The position numbers were made by a program, and so were the translations under genes. A DNA stretch of 64,000 nucleotides. It comes from Neoconidiobolus thromboides FSU 785 (taxonomy: Eukaryota > Fungi > Entomophthoromycota). The stretch is taken from assembly GCA_025603075.1 (NCBI GenBank), contig MU626270.1, positions 1-64,000 on the forward strand, written 5' to 3'. Positions 40,228 through 54,141 of this stretch are shown here, one piece after another. Numbering within the stretch: the first letter of the stretch is position 1; every line of letters begins with the position of its first letter. Under the pieces are notes generated by a model. It was not told the origin of the DNA, did no database searches, and saw only the letters and a program-made list of their open reading frames with translations.

Positions 40228-43200
40228 ATGGCTTTAACTTTAGAAAATAAAGAAACTAATAATGTCCAAGTAATGACAAAGAAAATAAAGAATGAACCAC
40301 AACTAAATAATGCTTCTAAACTCTATCAACCTTTTAAAGCAGTTGGTTACATTTGTAATGAGGTGCCATTTTCCATTCAAACTTTAGGTGAATTTTCAGT
40401 CATTGGTACAGTGGTAGGAAATACTTTTCACTTATATGATGTAAGTCATTCTCTTTTGATTGAAATACTATTTATTAATATTATATTTTTTATAGCTTAA
40501 AAAACTTGTTGTTGTATTAGTTGGTAAGTGTTTTATTGAGTTTAAAAAAATGGAAGAGTAAATGATGTTAATTAAATTGTTTAAATAGGTCGTCAATGTG
40601 AGAAACCGATCAATGCCATTGCATTACGTAGAGAACATACTTTTGTTGCTGTTGGTAATCAAATCTTGAAATACAAAAGAACTCATCAGGTACTTAATTT
40701 ATAATCACGAAAACCTCCAATTTATCAATTAAAATTAATTTAATTTAATTTTATTTTATTAGACAAGAGTTATGAAATCCCCAACAGAAGGCGATATATT
40801 TTTATTACAAATATTTGGAGCTCATATTATGGCTTTAACGGAAGATAATTGTTTTCAACTTTGGGACATTAAAAATGGAGGTAAGTTAACGAATAAAATA
40901 GTCGTTATTTAAAATTATTAATTATGAATATTTAGAACTCTATACCTGTATTGATTTTGATTCTAATTCTTTTAGAGTCACTTCTATTTTACATCCAGAT
41001 ACTTATTTAAATAAAGTAATTTTTGGTTCCACCCAAGGTTCGATGGAATTATGGAATATTAAAACTAGGTAAACATAGTAAATATAATAACAACAATAAT
41101 AAACTAATTATTTTTATTTTAGGAAATTAATCTATAAATTTAAATCTTTTAATTCACCAATTACTTGTTTAGCTCAATCACCAATTGTTGATGTAATTGC
41201 TATTGGATTATTAGATGGACGAATTATACTGTATAATATAAAATTAGATAAAAAATTGTTTTCATTTCAACAAGAAGGTAAAGTAACATGTATTAGTTTC
41301 CGTACGGATTCATTTCATCATATGGCCACTTCGAGTATGGATGGGGACATAGCTATATGGGATTTAGAAGAAAAACGATTATTTCATGTGATGAAATATG
41401 CACATAATGGAAATATTCCGTCCATTCAATTTATGAATGGACAACCATTATTGATTTCTTCTGGTTCAGATAATACATTAAAACAATGGCTATTCGATAC
41501 ACATGATGATTTACCAAGGTTATATAAATCTAGATCAGGACATTTTGAGCCACCAACTCAAATTATTTATAATACAAATAATACTATTTTATCAGCAAGT
41601 CAAGATTTAACTTTGAGACAATTCTCTACATTTAAAGAAAATCAATCTTGTGAATTAAGTCAAGGTAAATTACAAGCTAAAGCTAAATCAATAAATAAAG
41701 ATATAAACAGTTTAAAATTACCACCAATAACTCAATTTACTTTAAATAATCAACAACAACAAAAGAGATGGGATAATATACTATCAATTCATTTAGGCCA
41801 ACCAATGGTAAGAACCTGGTCATTACAAAAAAATACATTAGGAGAACATATTTTATTACCACCTAATAACGAAATAGCCAAATCAGTAGCTATCTCTCAT
41901 TGTAACAATTTTGGATTAATTGGTACTATTCAAGGTTATGTCCATCAATTTAATTTACAATCAGGTTTATTAAGAAAATCAACTAAAGACTCTCATGAAG
42001 CTTCAATAACTTGTATATTAACTGATAATTATAATCGATTATTTAGTACAGTTTCTTTAGATGGTGTTATTAAAATCTGGGAATTTAAATCTCTAACTTT
42101 ATTACATTCAATCGATTTAAAATCATCTATTTCTTATGCTATTTCCCATAAAGAGAATTCATTAATTGCTACTGCTTGTGATGATTTTTCAATTAAAGTT
42201 GTAGATATTGAAACTCAAAAAGTTGTACGTATATTTAATGGTCATCAGCATCGTATTACTGGAATGGTAACTAATTCATTAATTTATTAATAAAATATAA
42301 TTTTATTAATTTAAATAGGCATTTTCCCCTGATGGTAGATGGCTAGTAAGTAGTAGTTTAGATAGTACTATTAGAACTTGGGATATACCTACGGGTTCAA
42401 TGATAGATATATTTGTAGTACCTAATGTAGTTACTTGTTTAAATTTTTCACCTCAAGGTGATTTTTTAGCAACAACACATGCAGGACAAGTAGGTATCTT
42501 TTTATGGTCTAATAAGTCAATGTATACGGATGTTAATTTGAAATCTATACCAATTTCATTCATACCCAATTCAGTCGAATTACCACAATCTTTAATTGAA
42601 GAAAAGCAAAATGAAAATGAAGAATTAATGGAAGATAAAGTGGAAGATGATAAAGAAAATGAGTTAGAAGATGGTAATTTATATAGATCACCTGATCAGT
42701 TAACTAGTGAAATGATTACATTATCTAATCAACCATGGTCTAAATGGCAAAAATTATTAAATCTAGAAACAATTAAACAACGAAATAAACCAATTGAACC
42801 AATTAAACAACCTGAATTAGCCCCTTTCTTTTTAACTACTACACAAGGTGTTAACCCTCAATTTATCATCAATGAAGAAAATAAGGAGAATAATCAAGAA
42901 GAAAGTAAAGTAACTACGTTTGATACAAATATTGAATCCGAATTTATTAAACTAATGAGAGAAGCAGTACAAAATCAAGAAATTGAAAGATTAATTCAAG
43001 GTATGGAAATAATGTCCCCACCTCAAATTGAAGTCGAAATGAATTTATTATCTGTGAGTAATAAATTTAATCAATTTAAAGTATTTTTAAAAGCCATTAT
43101 CTTATTGTTAAATAAAAAAGTGGGTTTTGAAATGGCTCATGCGTACTTAAATACATTCTTAAGAGTCCATGGTGATCTTGTGAATGAAAATCCATTAGAA

Positions 43201-43317
43201 TTTAATACTATCATGCATCAATTAAAACAAGTAATTAAAGAACAATGGAGTGGATTAGCGGATACATTTCGATTTAATAAATTGATGGTGAATTTTGTTA
43301 GAAATGCTAGGGTTTAA
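40228..43317 (+). CDS. UTP21: U3 snoRNA-associated WD40 protein UTP21/WDR36, multi-exon
   Basis: SKLYQPFKAVGYICNEVPF N-terminus, LYKSRSGHFEPP, and Utp21 C-terminal domain (LLNLETIKQRNKP...APFFL). Confidence 0.95.
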
Positions 43318-43508
43318 ATGAGAAAAGAATAGAGATAGAGGATGTAAAGAATTCTTTGAGTTTTATTTTTATAGAGTCTTTTTTTTAAATAAAATATATT
43401 ATTTGTACTTTTTTTGATTATTGACTTCCCTTTTTTTTCGTTACGTCAATATTCAAAATGGATTTTTGAATATTTTGAAAGTTCAAGTTAGATTCTTTTT
43501 TAGTAAAA

Positions 43509-46207
43509 ATGGTGGCTACAAATCAATTGTTCGATGTAACAAAGATTAAGTTAAATTTAAAAGAGGAATTAATTCGAATGTTAGATTCGGTAAATCAAAT
43601 TGCTCAATACTGCTTATATATGTTGATAATCGATATTTTAGATTTTAGGTAAAAAAATCTTAATCCTTGACCCTAATTTATCTGGTGCATTATCTTTAGT
43701 AACTGAGTTTACTTTTTTAAAGGTAAGTCAACTTAAATTAAAAACAGAATTAGTATATTAGACAGAATAAAACAAAATAAAAGTAACCTTTATATTATAC
43801 TAGGAACGTGGAGTTGAAAAAGTGCTATTTTTAACCAATAAACAATTTGATATTGAAGGCGATAATTTATTATATTTAACAAGAGCTAATATTCAACAAT
43901 TGAATTTAATTGCAGGTAAATGCTTGGATTTTACCTACTCACCCCACCCCTTTACTAACTTGGTCAAATTTCATTAACCATTAGAAAATATACTTTATTT
44001 CAATAGTAAGAATGTGAATAAGGAATTCCATTTATATTGTGCACCAAGTAAAAATAGCTTAATTGAAGCATATTTTGAAGAAAAGGGAGTATTGGGTTCT
44101 TTAACTCAAATTGAATCTTTTAAAATGGATTTTATACCCTTGGAGGAGGATCTGTTTTCTTTAGAAAATTCAAATACATTTAAAGAGTTATATTTGGTAA
44201 GTTGGAATTCCAATTTTATGTGGATTTTGTACATTTTTGAAAAAAGATAATTAACAAAGTTAATATAATAGGATGGAGATTTCAACTGTTTAAGTGCTGT
44301 AGCTTCTGCATTAATGAAAATACAAAATGAACATGGTTATTTTAATCGAATATTAGGCAAGGGAAAATATTCCAAGGTAATTTAGAATCCATAATTTACA
44401 TTGATTGATTTATTAATTCTTCACATCCAACTTTATAGACGTTAAAAGAGATGCTTCATCGGTTACGATTAGAAAAAGAAGTAGAAGGAGAAAGTGATAT
44501 TATTCCCTCCAATATTATCAATTCAGTTATCTTATTAGAAAGAAACAATGATTTAATTACTCCATTATTAACTCAATTAACTTATGAAGGTTTATTAGAA
44601 GAAAATTATGGTATCAAAAATACACTAATTGAAGTACCAATTCATATGTTAGAGAAAAGCAGTAGTAATAATTCAACTTCCAGCAATCCAAATAGTAGCA
44701 AAATGAGCAATAAAAAGAAAAAAGTAGCACTTAATAACGGAGATGTTATTTATAAAAAATTAAGAGATTTAAATTTTGCCAATGTTGGAAAGACACTAAA
44801 TTTAGAAGCTAAAAGATTAGATGAAGATTATAGAAAACGACATCAAGCTCAATCTGTGAAGGAAATTAGAGAATTTGTATCAAATTTATCTAATTTACAA
44901 TCCGAACATTCTGCTTTAAGATTACGTAAGCTTAATAGAATTTGAGTTGAAATTTGAGTTCTAAAACTATATCTTAATGTAGATACTTCGTTAGCAGAAA
45001 GTCTTATGGAATTAAGTTCCTCTGAAGAATTTGATAAATTATTGGAAAATGAACAGAGTATGTACCTTAAAAAAATAGCATATTTTGTTATATTATATTA
45101 TATATATTGTTTTATTTCTATTATATTTTACATTCAAAAAAAGAAAATTAATATTAAATTAATCCATTTTAGATTTAATATCCGGCGGTATTAACATAAC
45201 AAATAGTATCTTAAACAATTCCATTGAATTAGTAGAAGATTTAATTGCACAACACGCCCCTTTAGTCAAAATATTGAGATTAATTGCATTACAATGTCAA
45301 GTTAATGGTGGGTTAGGAAGTAAGATATTAAGTCAGTATAAAAAGGAGATTTGCCAGGTAACTTCCTCAACACATTGATTAATAATAACAAAAACAAATT
45401 AATTTTAATATTTTATTTATAATTTTAGAATTATGGTTATCATCATTTATTAACGTTTGAAAATTTATCTAAAGTGGAATTAATTTATGAACTCAACCCA
45501 AATAATGTTCGAAATAAATTTAGTTTGATAGCTAAAGCTTTTCGTTTATTAGTAGAAGAAGTAGATGAGCAAATGCCAAATGATATCTCTTATGTTTATT
45601 CGGGTTATGCTCCATTAAGTATTCGATTAGCTTACTGCGGTATTGGTAATTTAGATAAATTTAATGTGGGAAAATTGAACAGTCGAAGTAACACTTTTAA
45701 TTCGATTGTTAGTACTTTTTCTTCCGTTGGTGTTAACAATGGCAACACAGGAATGAAAACTCAAAATTTAGGATCGGGATGGGCTAAGTTTGAAGATGTG
45801 CTAAAAGTTATTAATGGGCCCACATTTGATATTGTACAGAAATTTAATAGCGGAAATAAGGAAGAAGGTAAGTTTTTTTTTGTGATGAAAAAGTAGATTG
45901 ATTAACTAAAATGATATTTTTTTATTTTAGCTTCTATCACTACTTCCACATCTTCACCAAAGATCATCTTGATTGTATTCTTGGCAGGTTGTACTTCTAC
46001 CGAAATTGCAGCTATTCGATATTTATCCAAAGTAGATGAAGGTATATTTTTTAGTATTAAATTGTATAGATGAAGTTTTAAATTAATTAACTTTTTTTTA
46101 TTTTTTTAGCGAATTTTAAATTTATTATATTAACTACAAATATTATCTCGGGTAATTCTATGTTGGAATCGATTATTGAGGTAGGGAATCCATTGTTGGT
46201 TAATTAA
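43509..46207 (+). CDS. VPS33: Sec1/Munc18-family vacuolar sorting protein VPS33, many introns
   Basis: GKKNLILDPNLSGALSL, ERNNDLITPLLTQLTYEGLLEE, LRDLNFANVG, DISYVYSGYAPLSIRL, IVFLAGCTSTEIAAIR. Confidence 0.95.
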
Positions 46208-46552
46208 AGATTGTTAGTGGAAGGTATCAAAAGTAAATAACTTGTTTAAACTTTATTGTTATAAAAAAATATTATGACTATAGTTTGATTTTAAATGATT
46301 TTAATAATATTTTTATATCTACTTTACTAAGTTGGATATTAAAATTTTAACACAAAAATTCTTATTTATAATTAATAATTTAACTATCAACAATGATGTC
46401 ATACTCTTAGTTGATTCTCTATATAAATGTCTCTCAACTATCACTAATTGATTATAATAAAATTATAATAAAATACAAATAAACTTAATTTAACTAATAA
46501 AGAAATTTTTTATTATATGTACTCTTTAATATAACACTAACTTTAATTCAGT

Positions 46553-48205
46553 TTATAATACTTCTTTTAAAGATTTTTTAGCTGAACCTCTTTCTTTTGG
46601 TTTTGGTTGGGAACAATCCGGTTTCCAACCAATCTAAATAAAATGATAAAATAAATAAACAATTCAATAAAATTGATAAGGTCGAATTAATAATTACCAG
46701 ATAAAGTATCTAAATAATAAAAAATTAGGTGATTAGTATTAAGAATAAATTAAATATAATTCAAATATAGAAATTACTTGAAATGTAGCTGGTATACTAC
46801 CATCTTCATTACCATGAGCAGCTAAATAATGAATGATAAATAATAAATAATAAATAATATTAGTATATAATCATTTAATAAAAATATATTTGTATACCTT
46901 GATAAATTGAATTAGCAGCTAATAGTATATCTCTTTTTAAAAATGGTTGTCTAATGATATTAAACAATTAATTAATTAATTAATTTAACTTTGAATTTCA
47001 ATTCTTCACTTTCTCAATCAGAAATTTCATTAAACATAATTCACTCGATTCAACTTACCTAGCAATCACTGCATTTGATTCTCCCATTGCATCCAAATCT
47101 TCCATTAAATGAAATATACTTGGATAATTGACTACAATTTCATCCACATCCACGGTAGTTAACGAAAATCCAGCTCGACTTAATAGATTCGAGATATCTT
47201 TAGCTTCTATAAAAGAAGAGTTAATTTATTATTATTGGTTTGTAAAATAAAGAAAAACAAGATAACATTAAAGTCAATAATAGATTATAGATCAATGGAT
47301 TTACCAGCAAAGGGCGATACCCTTGGAGATAAGCCTCCACCTCGTTCTTGCTCTGCTAATTGTAAGGAGGTACTATTAAAATCAAGGGATAAGTTAGTAT
47401 AAATATATAAAAACAGGCAATTATATCAAATTTTACCGTAATTCAAAGAGAGTATCACCACCAAACATACAAGCTAAAAATACACCATCGGGCATTAAAG
47501 CCTCTTTTATTTGGATGAAAGTACCTATCAAAGATTAATAAATTAATAAATAAAAATAAATTTTCTAATAATTATTGTTTTCTCTCACTTACCAGGTAAA
47601 TCATTAACCCAATGTAATGATAAATTGGAAATCACTGCCGGTATACTATTTTTTTCAAATTTTAATAACTCTTCATCCATTACTTGTCGTTCTATGGATA
47701 CTTCATAGTCACTATCTAAAGCTTCATCTCGATATAATAGTTTTTCTAACAAAAGAAAAAGAATTAAGATTAAAATGGTTGAAATTAAAAAATTAAGTAT
47801 GAATTCATTTATAATATATAAATGTTACCTGATATATCGCACATAATCAATTTATCAGTGCTATCTTTATCAATGTGTTTAATGATATGACCGGAACCGG
47901 AACCTAAATCAACAATAAATGGAAATTTCCTCTTAATTACCTAGTACAATAATTAATTAGTTAACTTCTAAATCCAATTGTACTATATTATAATCAAACT
48001 ATACTTCTAATCTTTCCACCATTCTAAGTCCCATCTCATCTTTTAAATAATCCGTTTCTCTATTGTGATTAATAATGCTGCGATCTCGATGCCATTTTTT
48101 AGCATCTCGGTCAAACACTTGCCATGGAGTTTGTGAGCTAACTGCTCGACGAAAATTTGGACTAATTATTGATTTTATAGTTGGTTTAAAATATTTCAAA
48201 AACAT
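46553..48205 (-). CDS. NDUFAF5: Mitochondrial complex I assembly SAM-dependent hydroxylase NDUFAF5
   Basis: [48 protein letters not shown]|ILYL|IGWKP. Confidence 0.93.
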
Positions 48206-48310
48206 TAGAAAAGTTCACTTTTTATAAAATGAGAATAATTCCAAATTAAATCAAAACTGAAAATACATTCAACTTTAGAAATTCAATTTTGATTTTTTAA
48301 ATATTTCAAA

Positions 48311-49344
48311 ATGAAAAAGACAATAAACTCAGTAAAGTAAGAAAATAAATCAAGTTGATAGTTTAAAGATTAACTAAGTTCTATCTAGTAAAGATGTGGA
48401 CCAAGAGGCATTGAATAAACTAAATGAAATGAATAGAAAATGGATGATGAATATGGGATTAGATGTAAGTCAATTCAAAAATAAAGAGGATATGGAAGAG
48501 GAAGATATAGAAATTGAAAAAGAAGAAGAAGAAGAAGAAGAAGAAGAAGAAGAAGAAGACAATGATATCGAAGAAGAAGAGTCTGATCCTGAAGAAGAAA
48601 TAAACCAGCCTAGAAAAAAAGTGGAAGTGGTAATCTACCAAGATTTATCAAAAGAGATACCAAAACCCATGGGCTCTAAAAAGTTTTTATCCTCGAATAT
48701 TAAACAACTTGATAAAAAGAAAAAAGCAGTCGAAGTAATAACAAAAGTAGAAAAAAAAGAAGAAGAAGAAAATCAATTATTTGATAAAGAATTAGAAAGT
48801 TTATTAAAAGATAGTAATTTAATTGAAAAATTAGCTACTTCGGAATTGACAGGAAAAGCTAAAAGAAAACATCAATTAAAAAAATTGGTGCAATTAGGCG
48901 CTAAGGTAAGGGTCTTGATACTCTCTTATGTTTGATTGAAGTTTTAATTTTATTTATTACTTCAAGCCTATGAAAAAAAGCCATGATCCTATTAAAACTC
49001 GACTTGAAGTAATTAGAAATAAAAAACGTAAAGTAGATGCTAAGATTGAAAGGGTAAGTTATATATAATAATAATAATAGAACATTTCAAGTTCAATTTT
49101 ATGACAATATTAAATTATTTTCTATTTTATATAGGCTAAAGAAGAAGGGAACTTTGATAAGAAATTTATTCATGAATATGAAGATGATAGTTTAAAGAAA
49201 AAGAAGAAAAAGAAAGTGGATGGATTAAAAACAAGTTTAGGTAAATTTAAAGATGGTGTATTACATATATCGAAAAATCATATCAAACGTAATACAATTA
49301 AGATTAAAAAAGATAATAAAAAGAAATCTTCATTTAGAAAATAA
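48311..49344 (+). CDS. DUF4602/C1orf131/Faf1-like small-subunit processome factor, three introns
   Basis: Poly-Glu tract, then ELTGKAKRKHQLKKLVQLGAK and GLKTSLGKFKDGVLHISKNHI. Confidence 0.75.
48520..48557 (+). repeat. (GAA)n tract encoding poly-Glu
   Basis: Direct reading; in frame in the 48311 gene. Confidence 0.9.
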
Positions 49345-49407
49345 ATATTATAATAACAACAAAATAAATAAGAAAAAAGCATATTACATTTATTATTATA
49401 TTTATAA

Positions 49408-49423
49408 AATGTTTTTATTTTTA

Positions 49424-49452
<29 letters not shown>
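49408..49452. repeat. (TTTTTA)n microsatellite between convergent 3' ends
   Basis: Direct reading. Confidence 0.85.
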
Positions 49453-49454
<2 letters not shown>

Positions 49455-49462
49455 AATATTTT

Positions 49463-50839
49463 TTAAACACGTAAATACCAACCTTTATGATCTAAAAACC
49501 AAGCTAAAGGTACAAATATTATCCAAATAAAGAATTGAGACCAAATTAAAGAACCTAAAGAATCTGGACACCATTTACCAAATATATTAAAATACAAATA
49601 AGACCATAAATCAATTATTCCTTCACTGCTACCTAGTCCATCATAATTTAATGTAATTGCAAACATTGTACCTGCTACCATTTCAGACAATGCATAAATC
49701 AATAAAGGATTACTACCAACCTATATTATTTAAATATTATATTAATAAATACGTTCTATTATTATTCTATTGTTTATAAACATTACCTTTAAAAGTGATT
49801 TAAATAGAAATCGAATAATTTTCCAAGGATGATTCAAGCAATTTAAAATATCAATAAAATACATTAAAAGAGATAACATAATAAGAGAAAAACCCCCAGC
49901 ACATAAAACAAAAGTAGGAGTCCATAACGGTTTACCCACAGGAATAATAGGATCAAAACAATAAGCAATAAACAAAAATAATAAAGCACATAACAAAAAT
50001 TGAGCCATTTTCTGATATATCATTAAATTATCATTGAAATTCTTTCTATTTTTTAAAACATTTAAACCAACCATCAAACCCAACCAACAAGAAATACAAG
50101 CTGTAAACATAGATAATACACCTTCAGGATCAAAATCTTTTTTTTGATAATTATGATTTTTACCCCAAAACAATTGATCAATATATCCTTGAGCACTGCA
50201 TTCAGCACTTAAAGAACCTCGTCCACAATCAGGTACATTTAGTCCAAAGGTAATACCTAACCAAATAATCAAGGGTATTAGTGGAAACCCTACATATAAG
50301 TAATACTTTTTTAACTTATTATTTTCAAAATCTCTACAACAAATATAAGCAATTGAAGTCACTAAATAACATAAAGCTAATCTATGAAGTACGCCAACAA
50401 AACGATATTTATCTGATAAACCTTCCCAAGTAAATGGCCAACCGTTAAGAAAGGCTCCAATACCCCATAATAATATAGAACGCTTGATAATTTTCAATAT
50501 TAATTTACCATTCAAAGGTAATTTATTCAATGCTAATGGGATAGCTAATCCCATCATAAATACAAAGGTTGGGAAGATTGAATCTGCAATGGTAAACCCA
50601 AACCATTCGGCATGGGAGATCTGTGGGAATTGATTAATTACTTGATAATTGGCCGTTATCATTAAGATAATCACCAAGCCTCTTAAGCCATCTAAAGATA
50701 ATAGACGTTTGTTTTTGATTGTTACTGGTTTTATTTCTTCTTTAATATCTCCTTCTTCAATAGCATCTTCATTTACATTGGCATTAAATTCATTGATATT
50801 CAATTCGTCTGCATTCTTTTCATTCATTTTTGTTAGCAT
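49463..50839 (-). CDS. Heparan-alpha-glucosaminide N-acetyltransferase-like (HGSNAT/NagX family) membrane acyltransferase, one intron
   Basis: RLLSLDGLRG, SHAEWFGFTIADSIFPTF, GVLHRLALCY, FDPEGVLS, KPLWTPTFVL, VGSNPLLIY. Confidence 0.9.
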
Positions 50840-52487
50840 AATATTTAGAATTATAAAAAATAATAGAGTTTATCTTGATTTTTTATTTTATCTTTATACT
50901 TTTATTGAAATTTCTTTTCTATTTATACAGTTAAGTTTATCACTTTGTATTTATTTTTAACATATTACTAAATTCAGTACAAATGTCAGCTGATAACTCA
51001 TGTTATTATTGAATGACACGATCATTCTTTTAAATAGAATTATGGTGAAAAATAATGAGTTTTTTATGTTACAAACCTATTCTTTAGTTTTAGTTCACTT
51101 ATATTAAAATAAACAATTATTATTTTTAGTTTAATATATAATTAATACAATATTGCTTATCTATAAGATAGATTAATATAATAAAATTAATAAAATTAAT
51201 AAAATTAATAAGATTAGTATATTTCAATTAACAATAAAAAAGCAGTTATAATTTCAATTTAAAATTTCACCAATTAAACTATTCAATTTAAAATGTATGA
51301 TGATATCTTAAATATCATTATATTTTACATCTCGGAATAATACAGCTAAAAAGAATTCATGAGTTTGAATTATGAAATATTTAAAGATCACTCTGTTTCT
51401 TAAATTATTTAAAAATAACTCATTAATTGACAAAAATAAATTCAATTTAACATGGTTTCTCTCTCTTGATCCTTGCCATTACTATTTTCTAATTAGAATA
51501 CTGTTTTTTATATTTTATTTTTGAATAATTTATAGACAATATTTTTTTATATCGTTCTCTTTATATTGTAATAATACATTATTACTAAGTTGTATAGTTT
51601 TATGACACTTAATCTATAAAAAAAGAAGAAATGTTTGACTTGTTGTGTAACTAATAAAAATCCTCTTTTTTAACTGTTATATAATTTTAAAAGCCGTATT
51701 AATCTAAGTTTGAATCAAATGATAAACCTATTATATTAGTGTTTAAAAACAGTAATATAAAGTTTTTTTCAACCGAGTTTTAATAAGTTTTTATTTTAGT
51801 ATAATAGGATTATTATTAATTTTTTATATTTTTATTACCATTTAAGTATTTTATAGAACAAATAATATATTACAAATATACAATCTTTGTTTTTATTTTT
51901 ATTTTTTTTATACTCAATTAATAAAATAGTACTAATAATATAACTAAACCCTATTTTGATGCTTAAACTTTTTAGAACTTCATTTGTTCATATTTTAAAT
52001 ACTATTAAGTGAAAAAACTTAATAGTAAAATTCCTCAAAAGAAATATGCTCATATCAATTTAGATTCATATTTTTAATTTAAATTTTACTTTTTAATTTC
52101 TTTTATAAATTATAAGTCTAAAAAGTAAGCAAATTAATGAAAGAATTAAATAATATTGATCGGGATTTAAATTAATAATTATTAAAATCTATTAATTTAA
52201 TATTATTTTCAAATATAATATTACTTTTTAAATCATTTATTAATTGAAGATCTTGGTCTTAAATTTGTATTGTTAAATTTGCTAATATTATTGAGAATTT
52301 CGATCGATTCTGGCTACTAATAAAACACAAACAAATTGATCAGGAGTGTATACAATGTAAAACATTTGTCTGATAAAATGGATACTACTTTCAAAAGTTC
52401 ATCATGTTTTATTTTAATGTGTTAAATTCATCTTGTAATTTACTATTTTTATTGAATTTTATTCTAGTTTGAATGAAAATATCCCAA

Positions 52488-52592
52488 ATTACTATATTAC
52501 TATATTACTATATTACTATATTACTATATTACTATATTACTATATTACTATATTACTATATTACTATATTACTATATTACTATATTACTATA
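52488..52592. repeat. (TATATTAC)n perfect minisatellite, ~13 units
   Basis: Direct reading. Confidence 0.92.
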
Positions 52593-53637
52593 ACAAAGTT
52601 TATTTGCATCCAGAAAAAATTACTCATGTAAAATGTACATCTTAAAACAATTAAAGAAATTGACTGCTCAATTGATTATCGAATATAGAAGTAAAAATAG
52701 CAAGTATATGTAATCAATCGATTTATTGTTAACAAAGTATTATTCCATAACATATTAAATATATATAAGCATTATGTTTTAGTAACTCAATAATTTATAA
52801 ATGCTATCAATAAAGCAATAAAGGTGAATCTAATAATATAAAGCCAGCTTTAAATTTATATATCAAAAATATTAAATTTTATTATCAACTTATCAATTAA
52901 TACTATCTAGTTTATGCTCTACCAAACGAAGTTCACTTTTATATTAGCTTTTATAATTACTCTAGCATCTACTATGTCTCATCAACCATATATCATGAAG
53001 TTTAAAAAAAGAGATCTACCTGTAATAGCCTACATAGCTTTATAATATAGATAATGTCATGATAGATCAATTTCAAGGAGAATGATCCCTTTTTCACGAA
53101 TCTAGTAATATAAAATAGTATTAAATAATTAAAAATTATTGTCTAGATAATCTAAGTATAAATGGTAGTTTAAATCATTTTAATAAAATATATCACAGTT
53201 GTTCTTGAGAGAATAATAAAATGAAAAAATATTTTGCTTCTAAATGTATTAAACATTGTTTTGACGAATGTCAAAATCTTAAAGAAACAAGGAAATGGAT
53301 ATATAATTCCATTTTTTTCTGAGCTTGAGACCTTCAAAATTAAATGTGATATTGACATGCTTTATTCATCACAAACATAAAAAAATAGGATATTTGTGAT
53401 CTACAAACACTACTATTAAATTAAAAAGTTAGTACTTATAACATCATTTAATTATTACGATATTATTTAGTTGATATTATTAAAGTTTGGCATTTTAAAA
53501 GATCCAAATGTATGATTATCATCAAATCAGTAGATCCATGATAATTTACTTAAAATAGAAAGCTATGTCCTAATAATAATTATAAATTAAGTATAAATAA
53601 AACCTCATTGTTTGATTTATAAAATAATTTTTTAAAC

Positions 53638-54141
53638 ATGAAAGTGACTTATTTATTATCTTTTATTGCAGTGGTAGTTAGTAGTCCAGTACTTGATTCA
53701 CCTAGTAATAATAATATTAATATACTTACACGTTCTTCTTTCTCTTTTTTTGGTAAAAGATGCGTCCATACTCGTACAAAAGATCAAGAAGATAAGTTTT
53801 GTGAATGGTTAAAAGCAAAAAACTTTTTGGTACCTGACAAAAGTATTCGACCTGTAGACTGTACTGTGGAATGCACTGGGTTCCTTGAAAAACCACATCA
53901 TGAAAAAGTTTGTCGTAATGAAGCAATATCTAGATTTGGAAATACATGTGTAGATGATTTATGTCGTTCTTGTTGGAATTATATAAGAAGAGATTGTCAT
54001 GCTCAATGTGGCTATACAAATAAAGGAGATGGATGCGCTAAAGATAATTATGGCCGTTGTTTAAATAGGGATCGTAGCCAAGATAAAGAAGTGTACTTAC
54101 CAGGGCTTGGTATGGTTAATAAAGACGCTGCCGGGCTTTAA
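53638..54141 (+). CDS. Small secreted cysteine-rich protein (12 Cys)
   Basis: Hydrophobic signal MKVTYLLSFIAVVVSSP, KR at residues 40-41, 12 Cys in the mature part, TATAAATA at ~53592. Confidence 0.8.
   Translation: MKVTYLLSFIAVVVSSPVLDSPSNNNINILTRSSFSFFGKRCVHTRTKDQEDKFCEWLKAKNFLVPDKSIRPVDCTVECTGFLEKPHHEKVCRNEAISRFGNTCVDDLCRSCWNYIRRDCHAQCGYTNKGDGCAKDNYGRCLNRDRSQDKEVYLPGLGMVNKDAAGL

Noticed and set aside
49253-49481. ORFs with FLFLFL / IKIKIK repeats
   Set aside because: Translations of the (TTTTTA)n microsatellite
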